DNA from: an uncultured Gemmatimonadales bacterium
Lineage (GTDB): Bacteria; Gemmatimonadota; Gemmatimonadetes; Longimicrobiales; RSA9
Length of the DNA stretch: 64,000 bases
NCBI GenBank assembly: GCA_963783305.1
Contig: CAWAMW010000007.1
Span: 384,001 to 448,000 of the forward strand
Reading direction: 5' to 3'
Shown here: piece after piece, positions 29,671-37,327 of the stretch
Numbering within the stretch: the first letter of the stretch is position 1
Layout: each line of letters begins with the position of its first letter
Translations under genes and position numbers: made by a program
The notes under the pieces: model-generated
The model's database searches: none
Told to the model about the DNA's origin: nothing
What the model saw: only the letters and a program-made list of their open reading frames with translations

Positions 29671-30003
29671 CGGGCAGGCGGCTGAAGACGTCAGGGGTCG
29701 ACGGTCGAGGGTCGATCCCTGCGGTCGCTCCGCTCGCCGCGGACCCCGCTGGCGCGGGGGGTCGATCGCCCGCGCCTGCGCGCGAGGCGACCGCGCTGCG
29801 CGCAGCGTCGACGGGACGGGGCACGCGCGTGCCCTTCCCGCTGCGCCTGTCGGCGGGGATACCGGAGCAAGACGGAGCGCAGCGGAGATCGACCAGCGAG
29901 GCCGGAGGCCCAAGCGGTCGACCAGCGAGGGCAGCGACGCGGTCGACAGGGAGCACAGCGACCGTTCGCTCCCCGCCCACACATTTTTGCAGCGTTCTGC
30001 TGG
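29671..30003. repeat. Modular GC-rich interspersed repeat (MITE/REP-like), copy 2, inverted relative to copy 1
   Basis: Shares both end blocks with 11982-12189 but has a different ~150-bp interior; imperfect terminal inverted repeat GCAG-N3-GCTG(A/C)A. Confidence 0.8.
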
Positions 30004-30048
30004 ACCCTTGACCCACAGGAAGCCCGCAACCCTAACAGGATCGGAACC

Positions 30049-30426
30049 ATGAAGATTATATCGACGCCGGACGCTCCCGCCGCCATCGGCCCCTATAGCC
30101 AGGCCATGAGGCTCGACAGCCTCGTGTTCACGGCGGGCCAGATTGCCCTCGACCCCGCTACCATGGAGATCGTGCCCGGCGACGTGGCGGCGCAGACGGA
30201 GCGCGTCATGAAGAACCTCTCCGCCATCCTGGAGAAGGCGGGATCCGGCCTCGGGTCGATCCTCAAGACCACTGTCTACCTGGCCGATATGAACGACTTT
30301 GCGGCCATGAACGAGGTGTACGGCCGGCACCTGGGCGACCATCGCCCCGCCCGGTCCACGGTGGAGGTGGTGCGGCTGCCCAAGGACGTGCTGGTGGAGA
30401 TCGACGCCATCGCCTTCGCCGGCTGA
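30049..30426 (+). CDS. ridA: RidA family enamine/imine deaminase
   Basis: 'APAAIGPYSQA', 'AGQI', 'KTTVYL.DMNDF..MNEVY', 'PARS.VEV..LP','VEID'. Confidence 0.95.
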   Translation: MKIISTPDAPAAIGPYSQAMRLDSLVFTAGQIALDPATMEIVPGDVAAQTERVMKNLSAILEKAGSGLGSILKTTVYLADMNDFAAMNEVYGRHLGDHRPARSTVEVVRLPKDVLVEIDAIAFAG

Positions 30427-30433
30427 GCGCTCG

Positions 30434-32236
30434 CTACTCGTCCTCGACCATGTAGGCGAGCCCCCAGGCCCGCAGTCCGATGTGGGTGGCGACCACGGGC
30501 GTGGCCGGAGAGATGAGTACGTCGCGGGCGCCAAAGCGGTCTTCGAGCGCGGCGCGCACCTCCTCGGCCACGTCGAGGGCATCGACATGGATCACGCCGA
30601 AACGGACATTCCGGGCCTCAGCGATCTCTCGTGTCACAAGGCTCAACACCTTGGGCACCAGCGCTTTATATCCCCTCACCTTAGAAACGGGTTCAATCTT
30701 CCCCAGCCGGTCGACGCGGAGGATCGGCTTGATGTCGAGCAGGCTGCCCAGCCACGCGCGGCCCCGGCTCACTCTCCCTGACGCGATCAGCCGGTCGAAG
30801 GTGTCGACGGTGAAGAAGATTCCGGATCGATCGCGGATCCGGTGGAGGGTGGTGATGATCTCGTGAGCGGGCCGGCCGAGCTCTGCGAGCTCGACGGCCT
30901 TGAGGAGCAGGAGCCCCTGCAGGAGCGAGATCCCCCGTGAATCGACCAGGTGCGTGGTCGTGGATTCCTCGGTTGTGCGGGCGGCGGCCTGGGCTGAGCG
31001 GAAGGTCCCGGAGAGGGCGGCGGCGAGGATCACGGCCATGATCTCCTCGCCCTCGTGGGCCGCGCGCTGGAAGCCCGCGTAGAAGGCGGCGGGCGGCGGT
31101 TGTGAGGTGCCGGGGTGGTCGCCGTTGCGGAGCCGCTCGACGAAGGTCTCGGCGTCGATGTCGATTCCATCGCGGAGTACGCGGTCCTCGTAGATGAGCG
31201 AGAGGGGGACCACGTGGATGCCGTGGGCACGGATGACCGCCTCCGGCAGGTCGCAGGCGCTGTCGGTGACGAAGGTGAGCGGCCTGCGGGCGCGGCCGGC
31301 GGAGCGTTCGATGGCCGCGTGCTGCGCCTCCATGTCCTCCGCCTTGTGGGACTCGAGCCGGCCGACGCCCCGGAGATAGTCGAATACGCCTTCGGGATCG
31401 TCGGTGTGGACGTGGACCTTGAGGAGGGAGCCACTCCGGATCACGATGAGGGAGTCACCGAAGCCCGCGAGCGCGACGTGTACCGTGTGCTCATCCGGGA
31501 GATCCTCGCCCCGGGCGAGCCCCTCGGTGCAGAAGCGGAATGCGCTGTCTCCGGCGGGGTATTGGGCGCTCACTACGGGCTCGGGGTCGGCGAAGTGGAG
31601 GGTCTCGTCCACGGCCCGAATGGGCTGTCCCTCGATGAGGGCCCCCATCCCCTCGAGCCAGTGGACGAATCCCTTGGCGCCGGCGTCCACCACTCCGGCC
31701 GCCTTCAGGGGCGGGAGGAGGTCGGGCGTGCGGGCGAGAGCGGCGCGGGCGCGGGCCATGATGCGGGAGTAGAGCTCGACCAAGTCCGCGCTGGTGCAGG
31801 CCTCCGCCTCTTCGGCCGTCTCCCGCATGACGGTGAGCATGGTGCCCTCCACGGGCGTCTCCATGGAGGCGTAGAGGTGGTCGACGGCGTTACGGAGCGC
31901 GCGCTTGATGTCATCGACGTGAACGCGCTTGCGCTCGGTGAGCCCTTCGGCCAGTCCGATGAGCCAGTGGGAGAGGATCATGCCGCAGTTCCCGCGCGCC
32001 CCGAGGATCCCCGCCTCCGCGGCCGTCCGGGCGACGGCGGTCAGGTCCACATCGCCGTTCTGCCGGAGATGGTCGGCCACGGACGAGACGGTGAGGGCGA
32101 GGTTCGTCCCGGTGTCTCCGTCGGGTACGGGGAAGACGTTGATGCGGTTGAGCTCGGCCCGGGAGAGGCGCGCGTGATCGCAGGCGGCGATCAGGGCACG
32201 GCGCAGACGGTCGGCGTCGAGGTATCGGATGCGCAT
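30434..32236 (-). CDS. DAK2 (FakA-like) - DegV (FakB-like) fusion protein
   Basis: N-terminal 'LNRINVFPVPDGDTGTN', 'GARGNCG.ILS', 'GVVDAGAKG', 'KVHVHTDDP'; C-terminal 'VTDSACDL', 'TSQP', 'LSGT..SA', 'PVVATHIG'. Confidence 0.92.
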   Translation of the reverse strand: MRIRYLDADRLRRALIAACDHARLSRAELNRINVFPVPDGDTGTNLALTVSSVADHLRQNGDVDLTAVARTAAEAGILGARGNCGMILSHWLIGLAEGLTERKRVHVDDIKRALRNAVDHLYASMETPVEGTMLTVMRETAEEAEACTSADLVELYSRIMARARAALARTPDLLPPLKAAGVVDAGAKGFVHWLEGMGALIEGQPIRAVDETLHFADPEPVVSAQYPAGDSAFRFCTEGLARGEDLPDEHTVHVALAGFGDSLIVIRSGSLLKVHVHTDDPEGVFDYLRGVGRLESHKAEDMEAQHAAIERSAGRARRPLTFVTDSACDLPEAVIRAHGIHVVPLSLIYEDRVLRDGIDIDAETFVERLRNGDHPGTSQPPPAAFYAGFQRAAHEGEEIMAVILAAALSGTFRSAQAAARTTEESTTTHLVDSRGISLLQGLLLLKAVELAELGRPAHEIITTLHRIRDRSGIFFTVDTFDRLIASGRVSRGRAWLGSLLDIKPILRVDRLGKIEPVSKVRGYKALVPKVLSLVTREIAEARNVRFGVIHVDALDVAEEVRAALEDRFGARDVLISPATPVVATHIGLRAWGLAYMVEDE

Positions 32237-32312
32237 GGGCTGCTAAGATACCCGAATGGGCGGCGCGGGCAATCGTGGGTTGCAGTGGGGCGTGCTCCCG
32301 GGTGAGGGCGGG

Positions 32313-33695
32313 TCAGCGGGTGGCAGGTTCGTCCGCGATGCCCAGGAGGCGCAGCGCCTCCTGCCCGGCGGCTTCAACCTCCCGGAGGTCGGCCTGCTCG
32401 GTGATTTGCCTGCGGGCGGAGCGCAGCATGGCGGCGGTCTGGCGCGCGATCGGGGTCTGTCGGTTGCGGGGCAGGAGGTGGCCCAGGTCGCCCATACGCG
32501 TGAGGAACTCGAGGGCGAAGCGCGGATTCTCGACGCCGTAGTGCCGGATCTCGTCCAGGGCGGTCTCCACGAGGGCGTCGAATTTGACCTGTGGGAGGAT
32601 CAGGGTCGCGGAGTCGTCGTGGGCGCGCCGCACGCGGTGGGGGGCCTCCATGCGTCCTGCGGCGAGGAGGATCTCGGCCAGGCGGTCGAGGCAGAGGATG
32701 GCGGTGGTCGGGTCGTTGACGCCGGGCGAGAGCGCTTTCACGGCGATGTCGGAGAGCTCGATCAGGCCCAGCTCGATGTCCAGGTGGTTCGTGCGCTCGT
32801 GGCCCATGACGAACGCGGTCCGGATGCCGTGGTCCACCTCTTCGCGACTCCCGCTGCCGGCCGGCCAGACGGTGGCGAGGGCGCCGCCGGGCAGTACATA
32901 ATCGCCGATCTCGGGATCCAGCCGGAGGGTCAGGCCGCTGTCGTGGATCAGCTTCATGAGCTCGTCCTCGTCGACCCCCTGGATGTAGCCGCTGCGGTGG
33001 GACACGATCACGGCGCCCTGGGCGTCGGGAGTGACGGCCTCGGCGCTGAGATCGGTGGACTCGCCCACCCGTTGAGGGAGCCGCCGCTCGAGGGTCCGGA
33101 GGGCGTCCTTCGTCACCCGGTCGATGATGACGGAGGCCTGCACGGAGCGGGCGGCGTGGTCGATGAAGTAGATGAGGAACCCGATCCCCACGATGGCGAG
33201 AACCACGGCCACGGTAACGGACAGGTGGGGCACGAACGCCTCCAGTGACTGACCCGACTCGGCCGCCCGCTCCACGTCTTTGGCCGTGACCGCATCCCCC
33301 TTTCCCCGCACCACCCGGAGCACCAGCAGCGCGTAGGTGAACGTGCCAATGAAGATCCCGAGGACGAGCTGGTTGGCCCGGTCCGCGGTGAAGTTGCGCA
33401 GGATGCGGGGGGTGAACTGCGTCGATGCCAGCTGGAGAGCGACGATGGTGATCGAGAACACCACGCCCGTGACCGTGATGAAGCCTGACGCGATGGCCGT
33501 GAGGACGCCGCGGGCCCCGGAGGCGGTGCCGCTGAACAGCCAGACGCCGGCGGGCGCGGTGGGGAGCACGTCCATGACGTCGACCTGGATGGTCAGTATG
33601 GCCAGGCCGACCGAGCCGAGCGTGAAGACGCTCGGGATGAACCAGAGGCTGTCCCGGACCTCGTTCCAGAAGGCTGTCAGTCTGTCCAGTCCCAC
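32313..33695 (-). CDS. DUF2254 family membrane protein
   Basis: 'SLWFIP', 'FSITIVALQLASTQFTPRIL', 'DIAVKALSPGVNDPTTA'; GTG start with AGGGAG RBS. Confidence 0.88.
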   Translation of the reverse strand: MGLDRLTAFWNEVRDSLWFIPSVFTLGSVGLAILTIQVDVMDVLPTAPAGVWLFSGTASGARGVLTAIASGFITVTGVVFSITIVALQLASTQFTPRILRNFTADRANQLVLGIFIGTFTYALLVLRVVRGKGDAVTAKDVERAAESGQSLEAFVPHLSVTVAVVLAIVGIGFLIYFIDHAARSVQASVIIDRVTKDALRTLERRLPQRVGESTDLSAEAVTPDAQGAVIVSHRSGYIQGVDEDELMKLIHDSGLTLRLDPEIGDYVLPGGALATVWPAGSGSREEVDHGIRTAFVMGHERTNHLDIELGLIELSDIAVKALSPGVNDPTTAILCLDRLAEILLAAGRMEAPHRVRRAHDDSATLILPQVKFDALVETALDEIRHYGVENPRFALEFLTRMGDLGHLLPRNRQTPIARQTAAMLRSARRQITEQADLREVEAAGQEALRLLGIADEPATR

Positions 33696-33777
33696 CGTCG
33701 CTCCCTGTCCGGTTGCCGCCGCGGCGCACGGCCGCGACGGGGGCAGGATACGTGCCGTCCGCACCCCGTTCGGTCGG

Positions 33778-34659
33778 TCAGCGACCGTTCCGGGCGATGC
33801 CCGCGGTGCCAACAATGATCAGGAGCGCACCGGCCACGCCCCAGAGATCGGGCCTCTCCGCGAAGAAGAGGGTGCCCCAGAGCGCGGCGAAGACGATCTG
33901 CATGTAGGCCACCGCCATGGCCCGACCCGCGCGCTCCTCCCGCAGCCCGCGGGTCATGAAGACCTGCGCCACCTGCGTGACGATGCCGAGCCCCAGCAGG
34001 ACCAGCCATTCGAGGGGCGTGGGCATGAGGGCGTCGGCAGCGGTGAAGGGAATCGAGCCGAGCGTGGCCACCATGGCGAACCAGAACACGATGACCACGG
34101 GATCCTCGGTGCGGCCGAGGCGCCGTACCACCACGTACGCGGCGGCGCTGAACACGGCACCCGTGAGGGCGACCGCGACGGCGAACGGGTCCAGTCGCTG
34201 CTCCAGCCCACCGAAGAGGAACCCCGGCCGCGTCATGAGCACCACGCCGGCGAGACTCAGGAGGGTGAGGATGGCGTCCCGGCGCCGGATCGACTCCGAG
34301 AGGAAGATCGCGGCCAGGATCGCGGTGAAGACGGGGTTCGTGTACTGGATGACGGTGGCGTCCGCGAGCGGGAGCCGGGTGAGGGCGAAGAAGAAGCAGC
34401 TGAGCGCGATATAGCCGAAGATCCCGCGCAGCAGGAGGAGTCGGCGGTTCATTCCCAGCAGAGAAACCCCGCGTCTGCGCAGGGTCGCCCAGCTGAGCGC
34501 TGCGCCCAGTGCCGCGCGGGCGAGCACCACCTGCTGGATGGGAAGCCTGTCCCCCGCCACCTTCACCAGCACGCTCATGATGCTGAAGAAGAAGGCGGCC
34601 GCCGCCATGTAGCGGATCCCTGGTGGGACGTGGAGACGGCGTTGTGGAGTCTCGTTCAT
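33778..34659 (-). CDS. DMT/EamA family transporter
   Basis: Ten TM helices, 'LPLADAT.I.YT.P.F..ILA..FL.E'. Confidence 0.9.
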   Translation of the reverse strand: MNETPQRRLHVPPGIRYMAAAAFFFSIMSVLVKVAGDRLPIQQVVLARAALGAALSWATLRRRGVSLLGMNRRLLLLRGIFGYIALSCFFFALTRLPLADATVIQYTNPVFTAILAAIFLSESIRRRDAILTLLSLAGVVLMTRPGFLFGGLEQRLDPFAVAVALTGAVFSAAAYVVVRRLGRTEDPVVIVFWFAMVATLGSIPFTAADALMPTPLEWLVLLGLGIVTQVAQVFMTRGLREERAGRAMAVAYMQIVFAALWGTLFFAERPDLWGVAGALLIIVGTAGIARNGR

Positions 34660-34854
34660 GGATCGGGGTCTGTCGGGAGCGGGTTCTGCACGGCGCCGAA
34701 GCTACCGCGCGGGCGGGCGGCGGGACAGCCGCAGCGCTCGTGGGGGCTGCCGGGTCGCGGTGCCGGAGCAGGCGGCGTCAGAGGAAACAAACAGCGCGCG
34801 TTTCATGTACAGGCATCAAAGGCAGCGCTCCATGGGGAGGCGAAGGAGGGGGAT

Positions 34855-35016
34855 ATGAGGCTGGAGCAGAGAATGGAGTACCTGCTGCGAGCGGCGCTGC
34901 GGGCGGAGCGGGACGGCGACCATCATGTAGCGCGTTCCCTCCGGCGCATGGTCGACGATATCCGGCCTATCGAGAGCGCCCGCCCTGCGCGCGCGCCCGC
35001 GACCCACTCCGGCTGA
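34855..35016 (+). CDS. Small hypothetical protein (53 aa)
   Basis: Strong AAGGAGG RBS; helical sequence MRLEQRMEYLLRAALRAERDGDHHVARSLRRM. Confidence 0.6.
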   Translation: MRLEQRMEYLLRAALRAERDGDHHVARSLRRMVDDIRPIESARPARAPATHSG

Positions 35017-35081
35017 CGCGTCGCGGGGAGCGTTTCTTGCCCCCGTTCGGATCGATCGTTCCATCGAACCGGACGGCGCAC

Positions 35082-36434
35082 ATGACAGAGAACCCCACCC
35101 AGTTCGCGTCCCGCCTCGACCCTCTCGCCCACCCCATCCGCAACGAACGCAACGATTACGACGCGCTGCTCGAACGTGTGGGGGACGCTCGGCTCGTGCT
35201 CCTGGGCGAAGCGTCTCACGGCACCCACGAGTTCTATGAGGAGCGCCACCGGATAACGCGCCTGCTGATCGAGCGGATGGGGTTCGATTTCGTGGCCGCC
35301 GAGGCCGACTGGCCGGACGCCTACCGCGTGAACCGGTACGTCCGCGGCGCCTCGGGCGACACCGGAGCGGAAACGGCGCTGGCCGATTTCCGGCGTTTCC
35401 CCACCTGGATGTGGCGCAACACCGACGTGACGGAGCTCGTGGACTGGCTCCGGGACCACAACGATGGGCTCGCGCGCGCCGAACGGGCGGGCTTTTACGG
35501 ACTGGATCTCTACAGCATGCGGGCGTCGATGGTGGCGGTCATCGGCTACCTGGAGACGGTGGACCCTGAAGCCGCGCGGCGCGCCCGCGACCGCTACTCC
35601 TGCTTCGACCATTTCGGCGCCGATCCACAGGCCTACGGCTACGCGGCCGGCCGGAGCGCCGCCGACGATTGTGAGGAGGACGTAGTGGGACAGCTCGAGG
35701 AGCTCAGGACCCGGGCGGCCGAGCTGGCGCGCCGCGACGGCCGCCTGCCGGAGGACGAACACTTCTACGCCCGCCGCAATGCGGAGCTGGTGAGGAACGC
35801 GGAACGCTACTACCGGGCCATGTACCGGGGCAGGGCATCCTCCTGGAACCTGCGGGACAGCCATATGGCCGACACGCTGGACGCGCTCCTGGACCACTTC
35901 GACTCGAAGCGCTCCGACGGGAGGCCGACCCGTGCGGTGGTGTGGGAGCACAACTCGCACATCGGCGACGCCCGCGCCACGGAGATGTCGCAGCGGGGCG
36001 AGCACAACGTCGGCCAGCTCGTGCGCGAGCGGCATGGTGACGACGCGGTCCTGGTGGGCTTCACCACCCACACCGGGACCGTCACCGCCGCTCACGACTG
36101 GGGCGCGCCCGCGCTCCGCCGCCGCGTCGTTCCGTCGCGCGCCGACAGCCACGAGCGCGTGCTGCACCACGTCGAGCCGGACGCTTTCCTCCTCCTCATG
36201 GACGACGATGGAGCGCGGGCGGTTCTGGGCCGCGAGCGGCTGGAGCGCGCCATCGGGGTCATCTACCGTCCGTCCACGGAGCGCCTCAGCCACTATTTCG
36301 GGGCTCGCCTGGCCGATCAGTTCGACGCGTTGATCCACGTGGACACCACACGGGCGGTCGAGCCCCTCGAGAGGACGCCCGGGTGGGAGACCGGCGAGGA
36401 CGACCCACCGGAGACGTACCCCACCGGGATCTGA
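35082..36434 (+). CDS. Erythromycin esterase family protein
   Basis: 'LLGEASHGTHEFY', 'EADWPDA', 'RFPTWMWRN', 'WNLRD.HM', 'WEHNSHIGDARAT', 'ETYPTG'. Confidence 0.93.
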   Translation: MTENPTQFASRLDPLAHPIRNERNDYDALLERVGDARLVLLGEASHGTHEFYEERHRITRLLIERMGFDFVAAEADWPDAYRVNRYVRGASGDTGAETALADFRRFPTWMWRNTDVTELVDWLRDHNDGLARAERAGFYGLDLYSMRASMVAVIGYLETVDPEAARRARDRYSCFDHFGADPQAYGYAAGRSAADDCEEDVVGQLEELRTRAAELARRDGRLPEDEHFYARRNAELVRNAERYYRAMYRGRASSWNLRDSHMADTLDALLDHFDSKRSDGRPTRAVVWEHNSHIGDARATEMSQRGEHNVGQLVRERHGDDAVLVGFTTHTGTVTAAHDWGAPALRRRVVPSRADSHERVLHHVEPDAFLLLMDDDGARAVLGRERLERAIGVIYRPSTERLSHYFGARLADQFDALIHVDTTRAVEPLERTPGWETGEDDPPETYPTGI

Positions 36435-36460
36435 GATCCGGGAGCCGTCCACCGGCGCGC

Positions 36461-36487
36461 TCAAGTTCCTCCGCGCCCTGCCGACAC
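36461..36487 (+). promoter_or_regulatory. Putative sigma28 (FliA) promoter
   Basis: TCAA(G)-N15-GCCGACAC. Confidence 0.65.
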
Positions 36488-36554
36488 TCGCGCCGTGGGG
36501 CACCGGGTCATGGACCGGCCGCGGGACCGCGGCGAACCGAGCAGAGGAGGGGCG

Positions 36555-37235
36555 ATGGGAAGGCGACAGGCAGCGATTGCACTGGGAGTGGTTCTCGCCG
36601 CAGCGGGCTGGCCGGGCCTCGCGAGCGGTCAGGACGGCAGCCGGGCCGCGGAGCTGGAGGCGCGGCAGCGGGCGCGGATCGAGGCGGCGCGGGGAGGTCC
36701 CGCTGGGATCACGCATGACGCCTACCCCCTGTACCCGCCATCCACACACGGATGGCTCCCGGGGTCCCCGTACGGCTATGCTCCCTACCGTCCCTACCTT
36801 CCCGGCTACTCCTATCCGCCCAACCCGTATGAAGACTGGGTGAAACTGTGGGGCCGGGGGTGGACCGATGGAAGCAACCGGCCGGTCTACCACCGCTTCC
36901 AGTACCGCTTCTTCCCTGAAACGCTGCCGGACCCGACCCGGGGCGGGTATGTGACGCAGCGGGAATGGCTCGGGGCTCCGACGGTCGTGCAGCGAGCGCC
37001 GCGCGCCGCCGGGGGGTGCGCCCTGATCGAGATCGACGCATCCGGCGCGGAGCTCGAGACAGTGATGGTGCGCCTGCCCGCTCTCGGGGCGGGCACACCC
37101 GAAGCACTGCGGGCGCTGATCGAGGACCGGCTCCGCCGCGGCGCCGGCATAACGCTCCGGGACTACGACGGATACGTCGTCGCGTTCCCGGCCGCGGACC
37201 AGATCACGGGGCTGCGCGTCCACGACTGCCGCTGA
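36555..37235 (+). CDS. Secreted hypothetical protein with Pro/Tyr-rich central region
   Basis: GAGGAGG RBS; signal peptide (…GLASG-Q); PY-rich tract. Confidence 0.65.
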   Translation: MGRRQAAIALGVVLAAAGWPGLASGQDGSRAAELEARQRARIEAARGGPAGITHDAYPLYPPSTHGWLPGSPYGYAPYRPYLPGYSYPPNPYEDWVKLWGRGWTDGSNRPVYHRFQYRFFPETLPDPTRGGYVTQREWLGAPTVVQRAPRAAGGCALIEIDASGAELETVMVRLPALGAGTPEALRALIEDRLRRGAGITLRDYDGYVVAFPAADQITGLRVHDCR

Positions 37236-37251
37236 ACCGCGGGCCGGTCGC

Positions 37252-37278
37252 TCAAGCTTTTCGGACCGCTCGCGATAC
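37252..37278 (+). promoter_or_regulatory. Putative sigma28 promoter for cheA
   Basis: TCAA(G)-N15-CGCGATAC. Confidence 0.55.
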
Positions 37279-37327
37279 TCCATTTCAGCAGCCGCCCCAA
37301 GCGGGGCCCGACCGAAAGCGGAGAATC

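Noticed and set aside
30620..30720. Slightly AT-richer patch inside the DegV domain
   Set aside because: It is short, the reading frame is intact and there are no boundaries suggesting an insertion.
35082..36434. Macrolide resistance gene (ere)
   Set aside because: It belongs to the broad chromosomal erythromycin-esterase-like family with no mobile context; resistance cannot be inferred.
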